Source: an uncultured Candidatus Saccharibacteria bacterium | GTDB taxonomy: Bacteria; Patescibacteriota; UBA1384; DTJR01 | DNA: 64,000 nt | Reading direction: 5' to 3' | Assembly: GCA_964487045.1 (NCBI GenBank) | Contig: CAZAOT010000001.1 | Span: forward strand, 70,745-134,744 | Shown: one piece after another, positions 56,379-64,000 of the stretch | Position numbering within the stretch: position 1 is the first letter of the stretch | How the letters are laid out: every line of letters begins with the position of its first letter | Program-made: the position numbers and the translations under genes | The notes under the pieces: model-generated | What the model saw: only the letters and a program-made list of their open reading frames with translations | What the model was told of the DNA's origin: nothing | The model's database searches: none

Positions 56379-57849
56379 ATGGTTGATTCTGATATTAGCT
56401 GGACTTATTACGAGATTTTTATTTTTAGGGATTAGGCCGCTTGAGGGAGACGAGGGGATTGTTCTTAAAATCGCCAGTAGCGCCGATTTAAAATCATTAT
56501 TTAATGCGGTTAGCCACGATGTTCATCCGCCCCTTTTTCATTTCTTGCAATTTATAACTCTCAAGCTTTGGCCACTTTCTGAGTATTCGGCGCGAGTGGT
56601 AAGTGCCATTGCAGGTTTTGTAGCAATATATTTTATTTATAAAGTTTTCGAGAAAATCAGCAATCAAAAAGTTGCTTTCTGGGTAGCGCTATTGTCAATT
56701 TTTAATCCAGTTCTAACTTATCATTTTGCCGAGGCCAGGCCGTACGGAGTGTTGGTAATGCTGATTTTTGCTCAATTATTTGTATTTTTGCAGTTAATTG
56801 AAAGTAAAAAGAAGCGACACTTGTTTGGGTTTTTCGCGTTATCCACACTGTTAGTTTTAACCCAATATATTTCATTTGTGTTTTTATTCGGAGAGCTAGC
56901 CTATTTGATTTTATTAAAACGAAAAATGATCACTTGGCAAAAAGTAGTAAGCGGACTTCTGGCTATTGCTATGTTTGGTGCTTTGTGGGGAAAGGTATTT
57001 ATCTCGCAGGTTCAAGGACGTTCCCTTGAGCAGTCACAGGCGCTCAACATCAAGGATAATTTAATAGGCGTTTTTAATGGAATCTATCGCTTCTTTGCTG
57101 GGAGATTATTTTTGGACCTCGATCCTTCAATCTCTAGAAATTTGAGTTTTGCCAAAGATAACCCAGTCTTGTTTATTGTTTTTATTCTTTCAATTGTCAT
57201 TCCATTAGGACTTTTGGTGTGGGGTATTATTGATCTTAAGAAGAGAAATAAAGACAATCTATATCTGTTGCTAATAATTTTTACCCCAAGCATTTTAGCA
57301 GCCTTGCTCTCTAGTGAAATTGGTCCTCGCGCAGTCAGATATTTACTCTTTTTGGTGCCGGTTTGTCTTTATATAATAGTAGAGCTGTATTTTTCTAAAA
57401 AGACGCTTGCTAAGAATATTGTGTTCTCTGCATTTATGGTGATATATCTTGGTGCATTTGTTTCAGGATTTTATTTTGAGAGAACTAAGCCGGGGGTTAA
57501 TGCAATCGCAACTTATTTGTTAAGAAACGCTGACCCTGGAGATAAGGTCGTCGTAAGAGGTGGCTTCGGCGGCGGGGAAAGATTTGTGCTCAAATATTAC
57601 TTGGGAGATGAGAGTGGAGTTGAAATATTTGATTTGTACGGCGATTACCAAGTGGGGAATTTAGATAAAATAAAATCAAGAGACTCTTTCAAATATATTA
57701 AAAATATTAAAGCTCTCGATAATAAAAAAAATGTTTGGTTTTATGATATGACTTATAATTTTGATGAAACTACTATTGTGGGGAATTTTGAAAAGTTTGG
57801 TCTTGGAAAAGATAAAGAAAACAAAGAGCTGATGCTCTATAAGTTCTAA
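56359..57849 (+). CDS. GT-C fold glycosyltransferase (PMT-like)
   Basis: LEGDE, DVHPPLFH, EARPYG, RYLLFL. Confidence 0.87.
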   Translation: MKKSNLKWLILILAGLITRFLFLGIRPLEGDEGIVLKIASSADLKSLFNAVSHDVHPPLFHFLQFITLKLWPLSEYSARVVSAIAGFVAIYFIYKVFEKISNQKVAFWVALLSIFNPVLTYHFAEARPYGVLVMLIFAQLFVFLQLIESKKKRHLFGFFALSTLLVLTQYISFVFLFGELAYLILLKRKMITWQKVVSGLLAIAMFGALWGKVFISQVQGRSLEQSQALNIKDNLIGVFNGIYRFFAGRLFLDLDPSISRNLSFAKDNPVLFIVFILSIVIPLGLLVWGIIDLKKRNKDNLYLLLIIFTPSILAALLSSEIGPRAVRYLLFLVPVCLYIIVELYFSKKTLAKNIVFSAFMVIYLGAFVSGFYFERTKPGVNAIATYLLRNADPGDKVVVRGGFGGGERFVLKYYLGDESGVEIFDLYGDYQVGNLDKIKSRDSFKYIKNIKALDNKKNVWFYDMTYNFDETTIVGNFEKFGLGKDKENKELMLYKF

Positions 57850-57856
57850 GCTAAAC

Positions 57857-57885
57857 TTGATCTCTACTCTTGCTGGTGCTATATT
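57857..57885 (+). promoter_or_regulatory. Sigma70-like promoter of orphan 57928-58608
   Basis: TTGATC-N17-TATATT with TGn extension. Confidence 0.6.
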
Positions 57886-57927
57886 GTCCTGATCTGAATA
57901 TTCAGACGATCCTTGAGGAGGCAGGAA

Positions 57928-58608
57928 ATGCTTCAGACAGTCGTATCGGCGTCAGCGGGCTTAATGACTACCTACCACGTAGAACGTGCTGGGGTCATTA
58001 GTCTTGGATCACTCGGGAGAGGACTAGTTGTGGTCAGTCGCAACATCTTCTGCCGTTACCTCATATCTCCAGAAGGCGAGATGGGGTTCTTCGATCAGCA
58101 GTGTCTCGCAAGTTCGCGCATGAATAACACCCTTGTCGGCGGAAAGATTGACTTGGCTGCCTATATGGCAGGTGCCTTCAAGGGATTGTGCACTAACTGC
58201 ATCGAGGGAACGGCGAGTGTTGTATCGCGAGATTTTCTCGCCCAGGTACTGCCAACTCTCGACCTGTCTATTCTGAAGGTGGAGCGGTTCTCACTGGTGA
58301 TAACAACGCTTCAAAGTGCCGACAAGGCCTGCAGCTTCATGATGAGACGTCGTATCCAAGGCTTTCCGGAGTATTTGACCGGCGCCTACACTCTGCCTAC
58401 TGATCTGCTACACGAGGCAGGTAAGCTGTTCAGATCATCCTGGCTTCAGGGCAACCTGGATTCGATCGATGCTCTGGTCAGGTCAACTGGAGAGACGCCT
58501 CAGCTCAGAGGGGCAGGTTCAGCTGGTATACTTTCGAGTCCACTTCGCGCGAATTTGATGAAGTGGTTCAAGGGAATCACGTGTCACGAAGCTATCTCTC
58601 TAGAATGA
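57928..58608 (+). CDS. GC-richer orphan hypothetical protein (226 aa)
   Basis: SD AGGAGG; own promoter and terminator; CTNC motif; higher GC than the flanking GT genes. Confidence 0.65.
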   Translation: MLQTVVSASAGLMTTYHVERAGVISLGSLGRGLVVVSRNIFCRYLISPEGEMGFFDQQCLASSRMNNTLVGGKIDLAAYMAGAFKGLCTNCIEGTASVVSRDFLAQVLPTLDLSILKVERFSLVITTLQSADKACSFMMRRRIQGFPEYLTGAYTLPTDLLHEAGKLFRSSWLQGNLDSIDALVRSTGETPQLRGAGSAGILSSPLRANLMKWFKGITCHEAISLE

Positions 58609-58627
58609 GCGTCTTTTGCTTTATCTC

Positions 58628-58669
58628 TAGGCCGCTGCGCCATCTGACGCAGCGGCCTATTGTCTTTTT
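58628..58669 (+). terminator. Rho-independent terminator
   Basis: TAGGCCGCTGCG-N8-CGCAGCGGCCTA then TTGTCTTTTT. Confidence 0.8.
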
Positions 58670-58695
58670 AGGAGTAAAAATGTATTTTTTAAGTA

Positions 58696-59844
58696 ATGGA
58701 AAACCAAAAAACAATTCTTTTTGACGGAAGATTTCTGGCTCTTTCTAATGCTGGCCTCGGCCGGTATTCTTCCGAGGTTTTAAAAAATATGCTTTCTCTT
58801 TCTGGCGATGACCTAAAGTTTATTATTTTAGTCATGCCAAAGACTAAATTTTCCGATGACCTGAAGGAAGCAATTTCCAAAAAAGAATCATTGGTTGAGG
58901 TTATCGAATTTGACGCTAAGCACTATTCATATAGAGAACAAACAGCGCTAAAAAAATTACTTGATGAAATCAAACCTGATTTGGTTCATTTCACCAATCT
59001 AAATCATCCGGTTTTTTATAAAGGTAAGTTTGTGGTTACTATTCATGACTTAACTCTGTTTGATTATGCCGAGCGTGCAAGCGCCTTTAAGAAGTTTGCT
59101 TATAGCTATGTGATTAAAAAAGCCGCTCAAAATTCACAAAAAATTCTTACTGTCAGCGAATTTGCGAAGCGCCAAATGGTCAAAAAATTTGCCATCAATG
59201 CTAGCAAGGTGGTGGTTACCTATAATGGTATTGATGATAAGTTCAAAAAAATTACCAACCCACGAACTCTTCTCCAGGGTGAAAAATATGGGCTAGATAA
59301 GCCGTACTATTTATATGTCGGTCAGTGGAGAAGCCATAAGAACCTACTTGTTTTGGTCCGCGCTTTTGCGCAGCTGATGCAAAAGGGACTTCAGGGAAAA
59401 GTAGAGCTGGTTTTTGCTGGTAAAATCGATAAGAAATATCCAGAGCTTACCAGTGAAGTAGAAAAATTAGGGCTAAAAAACGATGTTAAATTTACTGGCT
59501 TTGTAGAGGATGCAGATTTGCCGATAATTTATAATAATGCTCTCGCTTTTGTCTTTCCCTCGCTTTCCGAAGGATTTGGCTTACCGGCCCTAGAAGCTCA
59601 GGCTTGCGCAACGCCAGTTGTTTCCAGCGATAAGACTTCGCTTCCGGAGGTTTTAGGGGATGGCGCGGTTTACTTTAATGCGACAAGTGTATCTGATTTA
59701 ACCAAGAAGATGATCGATGTTCTTCAGGACGAAAAGCTTAGAAATAAGCTGATCGATGAGGGTCTCGAAAACGCGAAAAGGTTCACTTGGAAGCAAACAG
59801 CCCAGAAAACTCTTGAAGTTTACTCTGATTTATTGTATAAATAG
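58696..59844 (+). CDS. Glycosyltransferase family 4 (GT-B)
   Basis: VVTIHD, YVGQWRSHKN, FPSLSEGFGLPALEA. Confidence 0.95.
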   Translation: MENQKTILFDGRFLALSNAGLGRYSSEVLKNMLSLSGDDLKFIILVMPKTKFSDDLKEAISKKESLVEVIEFDAKHYSYREQTALKKLLDEIKPDLVHFTNLNHPVFYKGKFVVTIHDLTLFDYAERASAFKKFAYSYVIKKAAQNSQKILTVSEFAKRQMVKKFAINASKVVVTYNGIDDKFKKITNPRTLLQGEKYGLDKPYYLYVGQWRSHKNLLVLVRAFAQLMQKGLQGKVELVFAGKIDKKYPELTSEVEKLGLKNDVKFTGFVEDADLPIIYNNALAFVFPSLSEGFGLPALEAQACATPVVSSDKTSLPEVLGDGAVYFNATSVSDLTKKMIDVLQDEKLRNKLIDEGLENAKRFTWKQTAQKTLEVYSDLLYK

Positions 59845-59877
59845 CTAATTTAGTAAATATATTTGGAGGACATGAGT

Positions 59878-61863
59878 ATGGAAAATATGGCAATTTATTT
59901 TGCACTTGCGAGCGCGCTTGTCGCAATTGTTTATGGACTGCTTGTCAGTCGATGGATTTTGAAAAAAGAGGTGGGGAATAAAAAGATGGTTGAAATTGCT
60001 CAAGCAATTCAACAGGGTGCTTCTGCGTATATGAATCGACAGTATAAGACCGTTGCTGTTGTAGCAGTAATTTTAGCGGTCGTTTTATATTTTGCTCTTG
60101 GCATTTATTCAGCTATTGGATTCTTAATAGGAGCAATTTTGTCGGCTTTGGCCGGATATATCGGAATGTTTGTTTCGGTGAGAGCAAATATCAGAGTTGC
60201 CGAAGCTGCGCGAACTGGTATTAAAGAGGCCATGGACGTCGCATTTAAGGGTGGCTCGGTTACCGGTCTTTTGGTAGTCGGACTTGGACTTCTAGGTGTA
60301 GCTGGATTTTACGCTCTTACTAGAGATCCTAAGGCTCTTATCGGACTAGGTTTTGGAGGTTCGCTAATTTCAGTTTTTGCTAGACTTGGCGGAGGAATTT
60401 TTACTAAGGCTGCGGACGTAGGGGCTGACTTAGTCGGAAAAGTTGAAAAAGACATTCCTGAAGATGATCCAAGAAACCCAGCTGTTATTGCCGATAACGT
60501 CGGAGATAATGTAGGAGACTGCGCTGGAATGGCTGCAGACTTGTTTGAAACTTATGCAGTAACTGCAGTTGCAACAATGTTGCTTGGAACTTTGATTTTC
60601 CGAGACAGTAATGTTGGTGTAATTTTCCCGCTAGTTCTTGGAGGAATTTCAATTCTCTCATCGGTTGTCGGTAGCTTCTTCGTAAGACTATCTGGAACTA
60701 AGATTATGGGCGCTCTGTATAAGGGGTTAATTGCTTCCGGAGTTATTTCTGCCGTAGCATTTTATTTTGCCTCCCAGTACATGATGGCTGACTATCAACC
60801 ACTTAATTTGTTCTATTGTTCGCTTATCGGTCTTGGTGTAACCGCAGGTATGTTCATTATTACCGAATACTTTACCTCAACGATCTACAATCCTGTTAAG
60901 TCGATCGCTAAAGCTTCGACCACCGGACACGGGACTAACATTATCACTGGACTTGCTGTTTCGATGAAGGCAACCATCCTACCGGTCTTGTTAATTGCTG
61001 CTGGTACGCTTGGAGCTTATGCGCTATCTGACATTTATGGAGTCGCTATCGCAGCTTTCGCAATGCTTTCGATGACAGGTATTGTCGTTGCAATTGATGC
61101 TTATGGACCAATTACAGACAACGCTGGCGGAATCGCTGAGATGGCTGGTCTTCCACAAAAGGTTAGAGATGTTACTGATCCGCTCGATGCGGTTGGAAAC
61201 ACGACCAAGGCTGTGACAAAGGGTTATGCTATTGCTTCAGCAGGACTAGCCGCAATCGTATTATTTTCTTCTTACACTGAAGAGATAAGAAATCTTGGCG
61301 TAAATCTAGATTTTTCACTTTCTGATCCTAAGGTTTTGATCGGATTGTTTATCGGTGGTCTTCTACCTTATTGGTTTGGTGCGCTCTCAATGGAAGCAGT
61401 TGGAAAAACTGCCGGAGCAGTTGTCGAAGAGGTAAGACGACAATTCAGGACTATCAAGGGAATTATGGAAGGAACCGCTAAGCCTGACTATACAAGAAGC
61501 GTTGATATTGTAACCAAGGCAGCTATCAAGCAAATGATTTATCCTGCGCTTATTCCAGTTATCGTTCCGATTTTAGTCGGATTCTTGCTCGGACCAGTTG
61601 CACTTGGAGGTGTTCTGGTTGGTTCGATTGTCACCGGGATCTTTGTCGCTATCTCAATGACCTCAGGCGGAGCAGCTTGGGATAATGCTAAGAAGTATAT
61701 CGAGCTTGGTAATTATGGTGGAAAGGGCTCAGACGCTCACAAGGCAGCTGTGACCGGAGACACCGTTGGTGATCCTTACAAAGACACTGCTGGACCAGCC
61801 ATCAACCCTATGATCAAAATCTTGAACATTATTGCTCTTTTGATCGTATCGTTCATTATATAA
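59878..61863 (+). CDS. hppA: Membrane-bound proton-translocating pyrophosphatase (K+-independent type)
   Basis: [52 protein letters not shown]; SD GGAGG 8 nt before ATG 59878. Confidence 0.97.
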   Translation: MENMAIYFALASALVAIVYGLLVSRWILKKEVGNKKMVEIAQAIQQGASAYMNRQYKTVAVVAVILAVVLYFALGIYSAIGFLIGAILSALAGYIGMFVSVRANIRVAEAARTGIKEAMDVAFKGGSVTGLLVVGLGLLGVAGFYALTRDPKALIGLGFGGSLISVFARLGGGIFTKAADVGADLVGKVEKDIPEDDPRNPAVIADNVGDNVGDCAGMAADLFETYAVTAVATMLLGTLIFRDSNVGVIFPLVLGGISILSSVVGSFFVRLSGTKIMGALYKGLIASGVISAVAFYFASQYMMADYQPLNLFYCSLIGLGVTAGMFIITEYFTSTIYNPVKSIAKASTTGHGTNIITGLAVSMKATILPVLLIAAGTLGAYALSDIYGVAIAAFAMLSMTGIVVAIDAYGPITDNAGGIAEMAGLPQKVRDVTDPLDAVGNTTKAVTKGYAIASAGLAAIVLFSSYTEEIRNLGVNLDFSLSDPKVLIGLFIGGLLPYWFGALSMEAVGKTAGAVVEEVRRQFRTIKGIMEGTAKPDYTRSVDIVTKAAIKQMIYPALIPVIVPILVGFLLGPVALGGVLVGSIVTGIFVAISMTSGGAAWDNAKKYIELGNYGGKGSDAHKAAVTGDTVGDPYKDTAGPAINPMIKILNIIALLIVSFII

Positions 61864-61869
61864 TCAAAA

Positions 61870-62118
61870 ATGATTAACAAATCTCTTATTGTGGCTGAGA
61901 AGCCACTTAAGATTAGGGTAGGTAAGCTTTCTCCTTCGATTGTAAAGCTGATTCTGAGCGACAATCAGTCATTCGAGATAAATCGAAAGTATCTACCCGC
62001 TAGTGCGAAGACAGGGGACGAGCTATACTTGAATTTGATAGACGAAGAATCGTTTGGCTCAACTAAGAAAGAAATAGCTCAAGAGCTACTTGAGCAAATC
62101 CTATCCAAGGATGACTAA
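61870..62118 (+). CDS. Small hypothetical protein (DUF3006-like)
   Basis: KYLP..AK.GD.L pattern and C-terminal helix; packed between hppA and the VanW gene. Confidence 0.65.
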   Translation: MINKSLIVAEKPLKIRVGKLSPSIVKLILSDNQSFEINRKYLPASAKTGDELYLNLIDEESFGSTKKEIAQELLEQILSKDD

Positions 62119-63925
62119 AGAAAAGAAAACTAAAGATAAGAAGCTTGGGTTTAATCCGTATGCTATTATTTTTGGTTCTATAGCAGTAATTCTGCTTTTG
62201 GCACTCGCAATCTTTGCATATGGCTATGCTTACTCGGATAAAGTTTTGCTTAATTCATATCTGCAAGGTAGCAATGTCTCATCTCAAACTAGGGATGAAC
62301 TTAAGTCTGAAATTGATCAAATCAACAATGACTATACTGACAAAAAGATAGTTGTCACATTTGAGGACAAGAAATGGGAGATTAGTTATGAAGATATGGC
62401 CTGGTCTCTCGAGAGAGAAAAGACGCTAGATTCAATCTTTTCGTATGGACACTCGGAAAAATTCCAAAATAAATATTTCGATCTGCTCCGTTCTGTCGTC
62501 AAAAAGAAAGATTTTAATCTCGAATATAAGTTTAATGAAATGGTTGTGCTGGACTGGGTTAATGGAATAAATAGTGAGATCGGTCAACCCAAGCAAGAAA
62601 CAAATATTGTTATAAAGAAGGGTGAAGCAAAAATTACCGATTCGAATACCGGGAAAAAAATAAATGACGAGTTTATAAAATCGGCGATTTTAGAACGTCT
62701 CTCTCTGAAGGCGAAGGGTGATATCAAGGCTGAATTAATAGAAGACCAGAGTGTGATTAGCAGAAGCGAGGCTGAAGCGTTAGTACAGAAGGCTAAAGAT
62801 CTTGTCCAAAATGATGTCCAAATAGTTGGGCCCAATGAATCAATCACGCTAAGTAAGGATAGGCTTGGGTCAATAATTGAGCTTAAGAAAAGAGAGAAAA
62901 AAGGATTTTTCAAAAGCGAGCTTGGTGATGCATATGTATCTTTTGATGCCGAAAAAATAAAGTCATTTTTACAAGAAAACTTAAATGAATTAAATAACCA
63001 AGCGGTTGATGCAAAGTTCACAATCTCATCCGGCCAAATAACTCTGACTTCGCCATCGCAAGCAGGTAAAGAGATAAAAATGGATGAGTCGGTAAGTAGA
63101 ATTGTTGGTGGGCTTGAGCAGGGAGAGCAAAAAATTAATTTGCCAACCAAGATTCAAGAGCCTTCTATCTCGGCCCAAACTAGTGAAGATATTAAAAAAA
63201 TCGGTATTAAGGAATTGATTGGTACTGCTACAACAGATTTCAAAAAATCTCCGGCTAATAGAATTCACAATATCGAAACAGGACTAAAATATATTTCTGG
63301 AGCGATTGTAAAACCTGGCGAAGAATTTTCGACAGTTAAAAGGCTTGGCAGCATTGATCAATCTGGGGGTTATTTACCTGAGCTGGTCATCAAGGAAAAC
63401 GAGACGGTTCCTGAGTTTGGCGGTGGTTTGTGCCAAGTTTCTTCAACTCTATTTAGAGCGGCTATGCAATCGGGTCTTAAGATAACGGAAAGACAGAATC
63501 ACTCTTATCGAGTTAGCTATTATGAGCCACCAGTTGGCATGGATGCGACTATTTATTCACCAAGACCGGACTTTAAATTTAGAAACGATACTGATTCATA
63601 TATCTTGATTTATGGTCATATCGAAGGGACTAAAATAACCTTTGATATTTACGGGACGAAAGATGGTCGCGAAGTATCGATTACAGATCCTATCGTCTAT
63701 GACATAACGGATCCGCCTGAGCCAATTTATGTAGATGATCCTAGCTTGGAGCCAGGAGAAATTAAGCAAACCGACAAGGCCCATCCTGGGGCAAAAGCAT
63801 CTTTTCGATATGTAGTTAAGAAAAATGGTAAAATTTTGAGTGAAGAAAAATTTGTTTCTTCTTATGTGCCTTGGGCGGCAAAATATTTGAGAGGGCCTCA
63901 GGTGGAGAGCTCTCCTACTCCATAA
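62111..63925 (+). CDS. VanW family protein with peptidoglycan-binding (YoaR-like) domains
   Basis: N-terminal TM; NRIHNI, VKPGEEFS, GGGLCQVSSTLFRA, ERQNHSYRVSYY, GMDATIY, DFKFRNDT. Confidence 0.92.
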   Translation: MTKEKKTKDKKLGFNPYAIIFGSIAVILLLALAIFAYGYAYSDKVLLNSYLQGSNVSSQTRDELKSEIDQINNDYTDKKIVVTFEDKKWEISYEDMAWSLEREKTLDSIFSYGHSEKFQNKYFDLLRSVVKKKDFNLEYKFNEMVVLDWVNGINSEIGQPKQETNIVIKKGEAKITDSNTGKKINDEFIKSAILERLSLKAKGDIKAELIEDQSVISRSEAEALVQKAKDLVQNDVQIVGPNESITLSKDRLGSIIELKKREKKGFFKSELGDAYVSFDAEKIKSFLQENLNELNNQAVDAKFTISSGQITLTSPSQAGKEIKMDESVSRIVGGLEQGEQKINLPTKIQEPSISAQTSEDIKKIGIKELIGTATTDFKKSPANRIHNIETGLKYISGAIVKPGEEFSTVKRLGSIDQSGGYLPELVIKENETVPEFGGGLCQVSSTLFRAAMQSGLKITERQNHSYRVSYYEPPVGMDATIYSPRPDFKFRNDTDSYILIYGHIEGTKITFDIYGTKDGREVSITDPIVYDITDPPEPIYVDDPSLEPGEIKQTDKAHPGAKASFRYVVKKNGKILSEEKFVSSYVPWAAKYLRGPQVESSPTP

Positions 63926-63934
63926 GTTACAAAA

Positions 63935-64000
63935 ATGTCTAAAAAGCATAAAGCCAATATCACACTGATAATTTTAGCTGTCGTTAGCGCGATAATTGTT
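63935..64000 (+). CDS. Start of the next gene, truncated by the window end
   Basis: ATG 63935, MSKKHKANITLIILAVVSAIIV..., open to the window edge. Confidence 0.55.
   Translation, partial: MSKKHKANITLIILAVVSAIIV

Noticed and set aside
62111-63925. Vancomycin resistance locus
   Set aside because: VanW-domain proteins are widespread cell-wall proteins, and no vanA/B, vanH, vanX or vanRS genes are present.

Overview
About 64 kb of AT-rich bacterial chromosome using the standard code (TGA is a stop). Gene content and style point to Patescibacteria/CPR, which is an inference because no marker gene is present. In order: (1) two giant surface-protein genes (NHL-repeat, 5'-truncated; Kelch-repeat, 2454 aa) that end in the same ungapped 128-aa module with an amphipathic terminal helix, separated by a TetR gene and followed by a MacB/LolDE-type ABC ATPase and permease; (2) groES-groEL, a XerC/D recombinase, a PAP2-PAP2-DedA block, an SDR, ychF with an in-frame palindromic insertion, and a C39-like peptidase; (3) tRNA-Glu(CTC) clamped by a 16-bp inverted repeat and preceded by an interrupted tRNA-Glu relic; (4) a six-gene minus-strand operon with two VirB6/TrbL-like paralogs and an HExxH protein; (5) a glycosylation locus (Wzx, three GT4, two O-antigen ligase-like, three GT-C including a GT2/GT-C fusion, a GT2-GtrA fusion, a clan GH-A hydrolase); (6) a K+-independent H+-PPase and a VanW protein. 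Five GC-rich orphan units are scattered through the window, each with a 17-bp-spaced promoter, an SD-led leader and a closing hairpin, whereas many host genes look leaderless. Best leads for an undescribed system: the giant-protein C-terminal module plus ABC transporter, the GC-rich orphan units, and the twin VirB6-like operon. All family assignments come from motif recognition by eye; no database search was run.
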